In this document: positions 50,124-58,723 of the stretch, piece after piece | Layout of the letters: each line of letters starts with the position of its first letter | Position numbering within the stretch: the stretch's first letter is position 1 | Assembly (NCBI GenBank): GCA_963749705.1 | Contig: CAVVNQ010000004.1 | Span: 86,454-150,453 of the forward strand | Direction: 5' to 3' | Origin: an uncultured Chloroflexia bacterium | Lineage (GTDB): Bacteria; Chloroflexota; Limnocylindria; Limnocylindrales; CSP1-4 | DNA length: 64,000 nt | Notes under the pieces: generated by a model | Database searches by the model: none | The model's input: only the letters and a program-made list of their open reading frames with translations | Told to the model about the DNA's origin: nothing | Program-made: the position numbers and the translations under genes

Positions 50124-50226
50124 GGGCCCCTCCGGGTGGGCGGGCGGCCGGCCCGCAGCGGGCGCCAGGGTGCGCCGGGGATTGCCGGCAGTCTAGCGCG
50201 GAGGGACGGGCTACCATCGGGGCTCG

Positions 50227-51000
50227 ATGGCCGAGCAGCTCTCTCTCCGGCTCGATCCGGCGCTCCCCCGCCCCGGTGACGTGGCCCCGATGTGGCCCAC
50301 GGCCGTTGCCGATGCCTTCGACGCGCCTGACTTCCTGTTCGAGCCCACCTGGGGCGGTCACCGGGTCCTGGCCTTCGTCGGGCCCGCGGACCGGGCGGGC
50401 GGCGGCGACGTACGGCTGGTCGATCCCAACGGGCTGGAGCTGGTCGAGCGGCTGCCGGAGCTCGCCGGGCTTGCCGTGCGCGTGGCGGCGCGCTCCGCGG
50501 TGCTCGACGGCGAGCTCGTCCTGGTCGACGGGCGAGGGCGCGCCGACGACCAGGCGCTGCGCGAACGGCTGAGCGGGCGGCCGGGGCGTCCGGTCGCGTT
50601 CCTCGTGTTCGACATCCTCCACCTCGACGGCCGGTGGCTGCTCAACCAGCCGCTCGACAAGCGGCGCCAGCAGCTGCGCGCCGTCCTGCGACCGGGCGAC
50701 GAGGTCGTGGTCGTGCCCGCGATCGTCGGCGAGGGCCGGGCGCTGTTCGACGCGGTCGTCGCCCAGGGGATCGCCGGGGTGCTGGCCCGGCGGCGGTCGA
50801 GCCCGTACCTGCCCGGCGTCCGGAGCACGCTGTGGCGGTCGATCCTCGCGACCCCCGGTGCGGTCGCGGGCGAGGGCGAAACCGAGGCCGAGGCGGGGAT
50901 GACCGGCGACGGCGGGATCGACGGCCCGGCGCCCAGCGGCACCGCGCCCGTCCTCGCGCTGTTCCGACGCCTCCCGTTCGACGACGACCCGGACGGGTAA
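50227..51000 (+). CDS. ATP-dependent DNA ligase homologue (LigC/LigD adenylation-domain-like) with substituted catalytic motifs; probably inactive
   Basis: Collinear with the mycobacterial LigD ligase domain (VLDGELVLVD, FLVFDILHLDGRWLL), but motif I KxDG is TWGG (FLFEPTWGGHRV), the motif V Lys is Arg (GVLARRR), and no OB domain follows. Confidence 0.6.
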   Translation: MAEQLSLRLDPALPRPGDVAPMWPTAVADAFDAPDFLFEPTWGGHRVLAFVGPADRAGGGDVRLVDPNGLELVERLPELAGLAVRVAARSAVLDGELVLVDGRGRADDQALRERLSGRPGRPVAFLVFDILHLDGRWLLNQPLDKRRQQLRAVLRPGDEVVVVPAIVGEGRALFDAVVAQGIAGVLARRRSSPYLPGVRSTLWRSILATPGAVAGEGETEAEAGMTGDGGIDGPAPSGTAPVLALFRRLPFDDDPDG

Positions 51001-51044
51001 CCCGGCCGCGGCGGGTCGCCGGGGGCGCCTGGCCGGACGGGTCG

Positions 51045-52430
51045 CTAGCCGCGGACCGCCCGCGCGAACGCGCGGAGCCCCGGCGGCTGCCCGTACATCA
51101 GGACGCCGGCGCGGAACACGCGGATCGAGAACCACATCGCCAGCGGCACCGTCAGCAGCAACAGCCCGATCGAGAGCGCCAGCTCCCAGGGCTCCACGCG
51201 CCCGACCGAGAGCCGGGACAGCATCACGAACGGGCTCCAGATCGGGATGTAGGACGCGATCCGGATGATCGACGAGCTGCCGCCGCTCAGGGCGAGCACC
51301 GCGGGCAGGTACCCGGCGATCGCCGGGATCGACAGGGGCAGCGCGATGACCTGGAGATCCTCCGCGCGACTGAGCAGCGAGCCGGCACCCGCGTACAGCG
51401 ACGCATAGAGCGCGAACCCGAGCACGAAGTAGACGAGGAACGCCGCCAGGAGTCCGGGCGACAGCCCCGCCAGGGACGACGCGGACCCCGGGTCCTCGCC
51501 CAGCAGCGCGTTGCCGATCCTGCCCGACAGGAGCAGTGCCGCGAGCGCCGGCGCCAGCACGAGCGCCACCTGGGTCAACCCGGACAGGCCGATCCCGAGG
51601 ATCTTGCCCAGCACCAGCTGCGGTGCGGTGCCCGCCGAGATGAGCAGCTCCATGACCCGGCTGGCCTTCTCGGCGACCACGCCCGCGGCGACCCACAGGC
51701 CGTAGAACACGAGGGTTAGGAACGACAGGACCACGAACACGATGCCCACGATGCGGCGACTCGCGTACTCGGCGGTGTCGATGGTGTCGCCGCCACCGGC
51801 GCCGCCCGTGGCGCCCGGATCCACGACGTTGAACGTGGGTGCGACGAACTGCCGGCTGCTGGGCGGCTGGGTCGCCGTCCAGTCGAGGATCCCAACGGCG
51901 AACGCCCCGATCTGCAGCAGCTGCGCGCGATCCTGGCTCAGCGCCCCCACGGTCAGCACCCGGAAGTCGAGGCCGCCATCCGGGCCGCGCGTGATCAGCA
52001 CGGCACCCGCCAGCGATCCGTCCCGGACCTCGGCGGCCGCGGCGGCGGCGTCGTCCTGGCGCTCGAAGTCGAAGCGGCGGCTGGCCGCGGCGCCGGAGTC
52101 GAGCCGTGCGTTGAGGAAGCCGTCCATGACCGACACGGCCCGGTCCCCGAGCGTCTGCTCGTCGGCGACCACCGCGATCCGGGTCACCGTGACCTGGTCC
52201 ACGAACCGGACCGCGAGCGGGATGAGCGCGATCATCACGGCCAGGCCTGCGAGCAGCACCGTCGAGAACACGAATGCCCGGGCCCGGACCCGCTCGGCGT
52301 ACTCGCGCCGCGCGACCAGCCCGATGTTGCCGAGCCCGATGCTGCCGAGCCCGATGCTGCCGAGCCCGACGTCGGGCCGCACGTCGACGCGCGGATCCTG
52401 CTCGACGCGCGGATCCTGCTCGCCGCTCAT
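51045..52430 (-). CDS. ABC-2 family transporter permease with a repeat-containing N-terminal cytoplasmic region
   Basis: ABC-2-type membrane domain; N-terminus MSGEQDPRVEQDPRVDVRPDVGLGSIGLGSIGLGNIGL encoded by nucleotide tandem repeats; ATGA overlap with the downstream ATPase. Confidence 0.65.
   Translation of the reverse strand: MSGEQDPRVEQDPRVDVRPDVGLGSIGLGSIGLGNIGLVARREYAERVRARAFVFSTVLLAGLAVMIALIPLAVRFVDQVTVTRIAVVADEQTLGDRAVSVMDGFLNARLDSGAAASRRFDFERQDDAAAAAAEVRDGSLAGAVLITRGPDGGLDFRVLTVGALSQDRAQLLQIGAFAVGILDWTATQPPSSRQFVAPTFNVVDPGATGGAGGGDTIDTAEYASRRIVGIVFVVLSFLTLVFYGLWVAAGVVAEKASRVMELLISAGTAPQLVLGKILGIGLSGLTQVALVLAPALAALLLSGRIGNALLGEDPGSASSLAGLSPGLLAAFLVYFVLGFALYASLYAGAGSLLSRAEDLQVIALPLSIPAIAGYLPAVLALSGGSSSIIRIASYIPIWSPFVMLSRLSVGRVEPWELALSIGLLLLTVPLAMWFSIRVFRAGVLMYGQPPGLRAFARAVRG
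52321..52418. repeat. Two adjacent in-frame tandem repeats (15 bp x3 CCGATGCTGCCGAGC; 18 bp x2 ACGCGCGGATCCTGCTCG) in the 5' coding region of the ABC-2 permease
   Basis: Direct reading of the sequence. Confidence 0.7.
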
Positions 52431-53398
52431 GCCGCGTCCCCGACACGAGACTCGGGCGAGTCGGGGTCACCGGGCGCGAGACGGCGCTCGTCCTCCGGGG
52501 GATGGCCGACATGGTCGATGAACACCTGCTCGAGGGTCGGATCGGCTGCCTCGAAGTGGAGCACGCGGGCGCCGGCGGCGACGGCCGCCAGCAGCACCGA
52601 CTCCGGCTCGACCCCGGGATCGAGCTCCACCGACGAGCGATCCATCCCCGCCTGGATGATCCGCGTCCCGGGCACCGCGCTCAGCCACGGGAGGCGATGG
52701 TCGCCGGCAACCGAGATCCGGACCAGCCGCCGGCCGGTCGACCGGCGGACCTCGCGCACCGGACCCCCGACGACCATCCTGCCCCGGTCGACGATCGCGA
52801 CCGCCTCGCACAGCGATTCCGCGACGTCCATCGAATGGGTCGAGAACACGACGGTCCGGCCGCGGTCGCGGAGCTCGAGGAACGCCTCGCGCAGGAGCAT
52901 CACGTTGACCGGATCGAGCCCCGAGAACGGCTCGTCCATGAGCAGCACCTGGGGATCGTGCAGGACCGCGGCGATGAACTGGACCTTCTGCTGGTTGCCC
53001 TTGGACAGCTGCTCGGCCTTGCGTCCGACGAGATCCTCCGCGCGGAACCGCCGGAGCCACGCCAGCGCCTCCCGCCGGGCACGCTCGCGCGGCATCCCGT
53101 GGAGTCCGGCGAAGAACAGCAGCTGGTCGAGCACCCGCATCCGGGGGTACAGGCCGCGCTCCTCGGGGAGGTAGCCCCAGGTCGATCGCGGCAGCCGGGC
53201 GCTCGGCATCCCGCGCCACGTCACCTGCCCCGCGTCGGGCTCGAGCACGCCGACCGCGATCCGCATGGTCGTCGTCTTGCCCGCGCCATTCGCCCCGAGG
53301 AATCCGAACACCTGGCCCGGGGCGACCTCGAACGTGAGGTCATCGACGGCCACGACGGCTCCGAACCGCTTGGACAGGTGATCGACCACGAGCGCCAT
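52427..53398 (-). CDS. ABC transporter ATP-binding protein
   Basis: Walker A GFLGANGAGKTT, signature LSKGNQQKVQF, Walker B LLMDEPFSGLD; start at the ATG giving MALVVDHLSKRFG. Confidence 0.85.
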   Translation of the reverse strand: MALVVDHLSKRFGAVVAVDDLTFEVAPGQVFGFLGANGAGKTTTMRIAVGVLEPDAGQVTWRGMPSARLPRSTWGYLPEERGLYPRMRVLDQLLFFAGLHGMPRERARREALAWLRRFRAEDLVGRKAEQLSKGNQQKVQFIAAVLHDPQVLLMDEPFSGLDPVNVMLLREAFLELRDRGRTVVFSTHSMDVAESLCEAVAIVDRGRMVVGGPVREVRRSTGRRLVRISVAGDHRLPWLSAVPGTRIIQAGMDRSSVELDPGVEPESVLLAAVAAGARVLHFEAADPTLEQVFIDHVGHPPEDERRLAPGDPDSPESRVGDAA

Positions 53399-53463
53399 TC
53401 GCGCCCGAGCATACCGGGGCCCCGGCCCGAGGCCATTGCGGGATAGTCCGCATCGACGACACG

Positions 53464-53964
53464 ATGAAGGTCCCGGTGGCGGCCCGGCCCCGCACGGTGG
53501 ACACGGCCCGGTGCCGCACGGTGCCCGCGGCCCGGCGAGAGTACGATCGGAGCGTGCAGGACCCGAGATCGACGACACCCGTCCGCATCGACGCGGACCG
53601 CACGGCCGGGACGCTCCGGCTGGAGTGGGCGGACGGGCACCAGACGGCATACGACGCCGCGACCCTGCGCTGGCTGTGCCCCTGCGCGTACTGTCGCGGC
53701 GAGGCGGGCCAGCCGGGCTGGCTCGACACCAACCCGACGCTCACGCCGGACCAGACGACGCTGGTCGATGTCGCCCTGGTGGGTTCCTATGCGGTCCAGG
53801 TGACCTGGGGCGACGGACACCACACGGGCTATCACACGTTCATGCTGCTGCGCGACCGCTGCCCGTGCGCCGAGTGCACGCGCGCCCGCGCCCAGCGTCA
53901 CGAGCACGAGCCCCGGGCGACCGCTCAGGCGAGCGACCGCCACTGGCATGGAGGAGACCAATGA
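53464..53964 (+). CDS. DUF971-domain protein (gamma-butyrobetaine-hydroxylase-like N-terminal domain; CPC/CPC zinc-ribbon-like motifs)
   Basis: LEWADGHQTAYDAATLRWLCPCAYC and a second WGDGHHTGYHTFMLLRDRCPCAEC repeat; an alternative GTG start at 53554 has a GGAG ribosome-binding site. Confidence 0.6.
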   Translation: MKVPVAARPRTVDTARCRTVPAARREYDRSVQDPRSTTPVRIDADRTAGTLRLEWADGHQTAYDAATLRWLCPCAYCRGEAGQPGWLDTNPTLTPDQTTLVDVALVGSYAVQVTWGDGHHTGYHTFMLLRDRCPCAECTRARAQRHEHEPRATAQASDRHWHGGDQ

Positions 53965-54305
53965 TCATCTCGACTGCGCCGTTCATCGCCGGCCACCGCG
54001 TGACCGAGACCAAGGGCCAGGTGTTCGGCCTCGTCGTCCGCAGCCGCGGCCTGGGCGGGAACCTGGTCGCGAGCCTTCGCTCGATCGCCGGCGGCGAGAT
54101 CCACGAGTACACCAGCCTGCTCGAGGACACCCGCCGCCAGGCCGTCGACCGCATGGTCCAGAACGCGACCATGATGGGCGCCAACGGCGTCATCTCGATG
54201 CGCTTCGACTCCTCGGAGATGGCATCGACCATGACCGAGATCGTCGCCTACGGGACCGCGGTCGTGGTCACGCCGGACGCGGGCGCCGCACAGCCGCTGG
54301 AATAG
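53961..54305 (+). CDS. YbjQ/UPF0145 (DUF74) family protein
   Basis: MIISTAPFIAGHRVTETKGQVFGLVVRSRG...VISMRFDSSEMA; GGAGGAG ribosome-binding site; ATGA overlap with the DUF971 gene. Confidence 0.75.
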   Translation: MIISTAPFIAGHRVTETKGQVFGLVVRSRGLGGNLVASLRSIAGGEIHEYTSLLEDTRRQAVDRMVQNATMMGANGVISMRFDSSEMASTMTEIVAYGTAVVVTPDAGAAQPLE

Positions 54306-54308
54306 CCC

Positions 54309-54662
54309 GTGGGCGTGGCGCTCGCTCGAGCCGTCATCGGGACGGCCGGCGTCCTGCTCCTGGTCGGCGGCATCGCGGTGGCCGCGACCACCGGCCCGTC
54401 CGGTGACGCGTTCTCGGCCCTGTTCCTGTTCGTTCCCGGTGCGCTGCTGATCGCCGCCGTGATCCTCGAGCGGACCCGCTACCGCTCGCTCACGGCGGAG
54501 CAGTCGGGCGATGGCCACGGCCTGGGAGGCGGCGAAACGGCCGTCCCGGATGCGCGCTTCCAGCCGACCGACGAACGGTTCGTGGATCCAACGACGCGCG
54601 TCCCGATGCGCGTGTTCGTCGACCCGCGCACCGGCGAGCGGCGGTACGTCGCGGAGCGGTAG
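54309..54662 (+). CDS. Hypothetical small membrane protein
   Basis: Two hydrophobic segments; no recognised family; GC3-biased ORF in an operon position. Confidence 0.4.
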   Translation: MGVALARAVIGTAGVLLLVGGIAVAATTGPSGDAFSALFLFVPGALLIAAVILERTRYRSLTAEQSGDGHGLGGGETAVPDARFQPTDERFVDPTTRVPMRVFVDPRTGERRYVAER

Positions 54663-54828
54663 CCGGGGCTTCACCCTGGCCCGGTCGAGGCTCCGGGCCG
54701 GGCGACCGAACGGGGGCCGCGTGCGGCTGCGTGCTATTCTCGGCCGTCCGACCGGGTTCGGGTGACGTGGCTCGCGTCACGCCCGCGTCCCCCGTCTCGC
54801 GCCCGGCGGGCACGCCTGCGAGAGGATC

Positions 54829-57000
54829 ATGACCGCCGTTCGACCCGCTCCCGGACCCCGCGCCGCGTCCCGCGGCCGACGGCGGGCGGTGCACGACCAT
54901 AAGGCCCCGATCCTCAACCGCGAGCTGTCGTGGATCGAGTTCAACGCCCGCGTGCTCCACGAGGCCCGCGACACGCGCAACCCGATCCTCGAGCGCGTCA
55001 AGTTCCTCGCGATCTTCGCGTCCAACCTCGACGAGTTCTTCCAGGTTCGCGTGTCCGGGTTGCGCCGGCAGGACCTGGCCGGCTCGCAGCACCTGTCCTC
55101 GGACGGCCTGACCCCGGCCAAGCAGCTGGACGCGATCCGGGCCCGGGTCCGGGACCTCGTCGCCGAGCATTCCCTGATCTTCGCCACGATCCGCGAGGAG
55201 CTCGCCGGCGAGGGCGTCGAGATCGTGGACTACGACGACGTTCCCGAGCACCACGACACGCTCCGGCGCCGGTTCCACGACGAGATCTTCCCGGTCCTGA
55301 CGCCGCTCGCCGTGGATCCGGGACACCCGTTCCCGTACATCAGCACCCTGTCGCTCTCGATCGCGGTCGGGCTGCGGGACCCCGAGACGGGCGAGAAGCG
55401 GTTCGCGCGGGTCAAGATCCCGCCGATCCTGCCCCGCCTGTTCGAGGTCGAGCGCGACCGGTTCGTGCTCCTGGACCAGGTCATCGAGGCCAACCTCGAC
55501 GAGCTGTTCCGGGGCATGGAGATCCTCGAGACGCACCTGTTCCGGGTCACCCGCGACGCGGACATCGCGATCGAGGAGGACGAGGCGGACGACCTGCTGC
55601 TCGCGATCGAGGAAGAGGTCCGGCGGCGGCGGTTCGGCGAGGCGGTCCGGCTCGAGGTCGAGCGCTCGATGCCGGAGCTGACGCGCAAGATCCTGATCAA
55701 CGGCATCGGGCTGCGCGAGGACGACAGCTTCGAGGTCGCCGGGATGATGGACCTCACGGCGCTGTGGCAGCTCGCCGAGCTCGACCGTCCCGACCTCAAG
55801 GCGCCGACCTTCACGCCGGTCGTGCCCCAGCGGCTGCTGCCGCCGGACGAGGACGAGCCGGTCGACGTGTTCGCGCAGATGCGGGCCGGGGACCTGCTCC
55901 TCCATCACCCGTACGACTCGTTCACCGCCTCGGTCGAGCGGTTCATCTCGCAGGCCGCGGACGACCCCCTGGTGCTGACCATCAAGCAGACCCTGTACCG
56001 GACGTCGGGCGACTCGCCCATCGTCAAGGCGCTGATCCGCGCGGCGGAGCAGGGCAAGCAGGTCGTGGTCCTGGTCGAGATCAAGGCGCGCTTCGACGAG
56101 GAGGTCAACATCGTCTGGGCGCGCAAGCTTGAGCAGGCGGGCGCCCACGTCGTGTACGGGCTGGTCGGCCTCAAGACCCACTGCAAGGTCGCGCTCGTCG
56201 TCCGGCGCGAGGGCAACGGGCTCCGGCGCTACGTCCACATCGGCACCGGCAACTACAACTCGCGGACGGCGCGCCTGTACGTGGATCTCGGCCTGCTCTC
56301 GTGCCGCGAGGAGCTGGGCGCGGACGTCACGGACCTGTTCAACGTGCTCACCGGGCTGTCACGCCAGAGCGTGTTCCGCCGCCTGCTCGTGGCGCCGATG
56401 ACGCTCCGGTCGCGCTTCCTCGAGCTGGTCGAGCGGGAGGCGGCGAATGCCCGTGCGGGCCAGCAGGCCCGGATCGTGATCAAGGTCAACTCGCTGGTCG
56501 ACACCCAGGTGGTCGAGGCGCTGTACGAGGCGGCGCGGGCGGGCGTCGAGATCGAGTGCATCATCCGGGGCGCGTGCTGCCTGGTCCCCGGCGTCCCCGG
56601 TGCCTCCGAGCGGGCGCGCGCGCGCTCGATCATCGGCGAGTTCCTGGAGCACTCGCGGATCTGGATGTTCGCCAACGGCGGGCGCCCTGAGTGGTACATC
56701 GGGTCGGCGGACCTGATGGAGCGCAACCTCGATCGGCGGGTCGAGGTCGTGACCCCGGTCGAGGATCACGAGGCGCAGGTCCGGCTCGCGCGGATCATCG
56801 AGGTCATGCTGGCCGATGACCGCCGCTCGTGGCAGCTGCAGTCCGACGGCCGATGGGTCCGGACCGAGGTGCTGACGTCGGCCGCGGGCGAGATCGACAC
56901 GTTCGCCGTGCTCAAGCAGGATGCCGCGGCCGCCGCAGCCGCCGCGGACGTGCCCAGACGGCCGCACTCGAACGTCGGATCGATGGACCCGCGCGCGTGA
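54829..57000 (+). CDS. ppk: Polyphosphate kinase 1
   Basis: PPK1 N-terminal motif RNPILERVKFLAIFASNLDEFFQVR and duplicated PLD-like C-terminal domains. Confidence 0.9.
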   Translation: MTAVRPAPGPRAASRGRRRAVHDHKAPILNRELSWIEFNARVLHEARDTRNPILERVKFLAIFASNLDEFFQVRVSGLRRQDLAGSQHLSSDGLTPAKQLDAIRARVRDLVAEHSLIFATIREELAGEGVEIVDYDDVPEHHDTLRRRFHDEIFPVLTPLAVDPGHPFPYISTLSLSIAVGLRDPETGEKRFARVKIPPILPRLFEVERDRFVLLDQVIEANLDELFRGMEILETHLFRVTRDADIAIEEDEADDLLLAIEEEVRRRRFGEAVRLEVERSMPELTRKILINGIGLREDDSFEVAGMMDLTALWQLAELDRPDLKAPTFTPVVPQRLLPPDEDEPVDVFAQMRAGDLLLHHPYDSFTASVERFISQAADDPLVLTIKQTLYRTSGDSPIVKALIRAAEQGKQVVVLVEIKARFDEEVNIVWARKLEQAGAHVVYGLVGLKTHCKVALVVRREGNGLRRYVHIGTGNYNSRTARLYVDLGLLSCREELGADVTDLFNVLTGLSRQSVFRRLLVAPMTLRSRFLELVEREAANARAGQQARIVIKVNSLVDTQVVEALYEAARAGVEIECIIRGACCLVPGVPGASERARARSIIGEFLEHSRIWMFANGGRPEWYIGSADLMERNLDRRVEVVTPVEDHEAQVRLARIIEVMLADDRRSWQLQSDGRWVRTEVLTSAAGEIDTFAVLKQDAAAAAAAADVPRRPHSNVGSMDPRA

Positions 57001-58721
57001 CCGATGTCGCCATCCCGCGACCCGGCGGCGTGGTCGAGGTCGAGCTCAAGTTCCGCATGTCCGGGACGGGCGCCGGGACCCGGCTGATCGCCGCCGACGA
57101 CCTGGCCGGGTTCGCCGCGCTGGCGCCCGCGGCGACGGTCCGGCACGAGGACCGGTACGTCGACACGGCCGACGGCCGGCTGGCGGCGGCCGGCTACGCG
57201 GGACGGTTCCGGTCGGCGGGCGATGTCACGGTGCTCACGCTCAAGTCCCTCCGCTCTGACGCCGAGGACGGCGCGCTCCACCGGCGCGAGGAGCTGGAGG
57301 GCCCGGCGATCGCCGAGGTCCCACCCGATGCGTGGCCCGACTCCGCGGCTCGCACCGCCGTGCTCGAGCTGCTGGGCGGTGCGCCGCTGAGCGACCTCGT
57401 GACCGTCCGGCAGACACGGCACAAGCGAACGTACGGGCGCGAGGGGGTCGTCGTCGAGCTGTCCGTCGATGACGTGGAGATCGTGGCCGGCGAGCGGGTG
57501 CTGGACCGGTTCGCCGAGCTCGAGGTGGAGCTCATCGAGGGCGGCGAGGCGGCGCTCGAACCGCTCGCTGACCTGCTCGCCGAGGTCGAGGAGCTGGTCC
57601 CCGCCGAATCGTCGAAGCTCGAACGGGCGCTGGAGGCCGTCGCCCACGACCGGGCGGGCACGGGCGACCTTCGCGAGGCACCCCAGGGCCCCCGGACGAG
57701 CGTGGCTGCCGGACCGGTCGAGGTGCCCGCGTCGGGCACGGACGTGACCGCGACCCAGGCGCCGGAGCCGGCCGTCCCGCGGATCACCGTCCCCAAGGCG
57801 CCGGGTGTCATCTCCGAGGACCACCTCGCCGAGGCGGGTCGGAAGGTGCTCCGGTTCCACCTGGCCCGGATGATCGCCCGCGAGCCCGGCACCCGCGTCG
57901 GCCGCGACGACGCGGAGCTGCACGCGATGCGCGTGGCGACGCGGCGACAGCGCGCCGCCTGGCGCGTGTTCGGCGAGGCGTTCGACCGCAAGGCGACGGC
58001 CCGCCACCGGGTCCGGCTGCGCGAGGTCGCCCGGGACCTGGGTGCGGTCCGGGACCTCGATGTGCTGATCGGGGCCGCCGAGATGCATCGTGCCCAGCTG
58101 CCGGCACGCGAGGCGGCGGCCTTCGACCGGCTGATCCAGGGGTGGCGCGGGCAGCGCGAAGGTGCCCGCGAGGTCCTGCTCCGGGAGCTCGACTCGGGCC
58201 GCTACCGCAAATGGGTCGACGGGTACGTGGAGTTCGTCCAGGCCGAGGGAGCGGGCGCTCTCCCGGTCGGGCCGACCCAGCCCCACCGCGTGCGGGACAC
58301 GATGCCGTCGCGGATCTGGGCGGCGTACGAGGGCGTTCGCGCCTACGAGCCCGTGCTCAGGTGGGCCGACGTGACCACCCTCCACGACCTCCGGATCGCG
58401 GCCAAGTGGCTGCGCTACACGCTGGAGTTCGTGCGCGAGGCGCTGGGACGTGACGCCGGCCCGGTCATCGAGAAGATCGTCGCGCTCCAGGACCACCTCG
58501 GCTGGCTCCACGACGCGGACGTGGCGGCGGCCCTTGCGCGCCAGTACCTGGTGGAGCACGCGGGCGACCTCACGGAGCTCGAGAGCGCGGCGATCGGCCG
58601 CTATCTCGTCGATCGGGAGCGGGAGCTCGCGCGGCTCCGGCGGACCGTCGGCGGACCCTGGCGCGGGTTGTCGAGCCTCGCCTTCCGTCGCGCGCTCGGC
58701 CGGCTCGTGGCGGGCCTGTAG
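56997..58721 (+). CDS. CYTH-domain plus CHAD-domain protein (polyphosphate-associated)
   Basis: N-terminal CYTH (EVELKFRM ... ELEVELIEG) and C-terminal CHAD helices (HAMRVATRRQRAAWRVFGEAF); GTG start overlapping the ppk stop (GTGA). Confidence 0.75.
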   Translation: MTDVAIPRPGGVVEVELKFRMSGTGAGTRLIAADDLAGFAALAPAATVRHEDRYVDTADGRLAAAGYAGRFRSAGDVTVLTLKSLRSDAEDGALHRREELEGPAIAEVPPDAWPDSAARTAVLELLGGAPLSDLVTVRQTRHKRTYGREGVVVELSVDDVEIVAGERVLDRFAELEVELIEGGEAALEPLADLLAEVEELVPAESSKLERALEAVAHDRAGTGDLREAPQGPRTSVAAGPVEVPASGTDVTATQAPEPAVPRITVPKAPGVISEDHLAEAGRKVLRFHLARMIAREPGTRVGRDDAELHAMRVATRRQRAAWRVFGEAFDRKATARHRVRLREVARDLGAVRDLDVLIGAAEMHRAQLPAREAAAFDRLIQGWRGQREGAREVLLRELDSGRYRKWVDGYVEFVQAEGAGALPVGPTQPHRVRDTMPSRIWAAYEGVRAYEPVLRWADVTTLHDLRIAAKWLRYTLEFVREALGRDAGPVIEKIVALQDHLGWLHDADVAAALARQYLVEHAGDLTELESAAIGRYLVDRERELARLRRTVGGPWRGLSSLAFRRALGRLVAGL

Positions 58722-58723
58722 GC

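Noticed and set aside
54762-54780. Inverted repeat GTGACG-N7-CGTCAC about 50 nt upstream of ppk1
   Set aside because: A short 6-bp-arm palindrome in GC-rich DNA is expected by chance, and there is no second copy. Noted only as a weak candidate.
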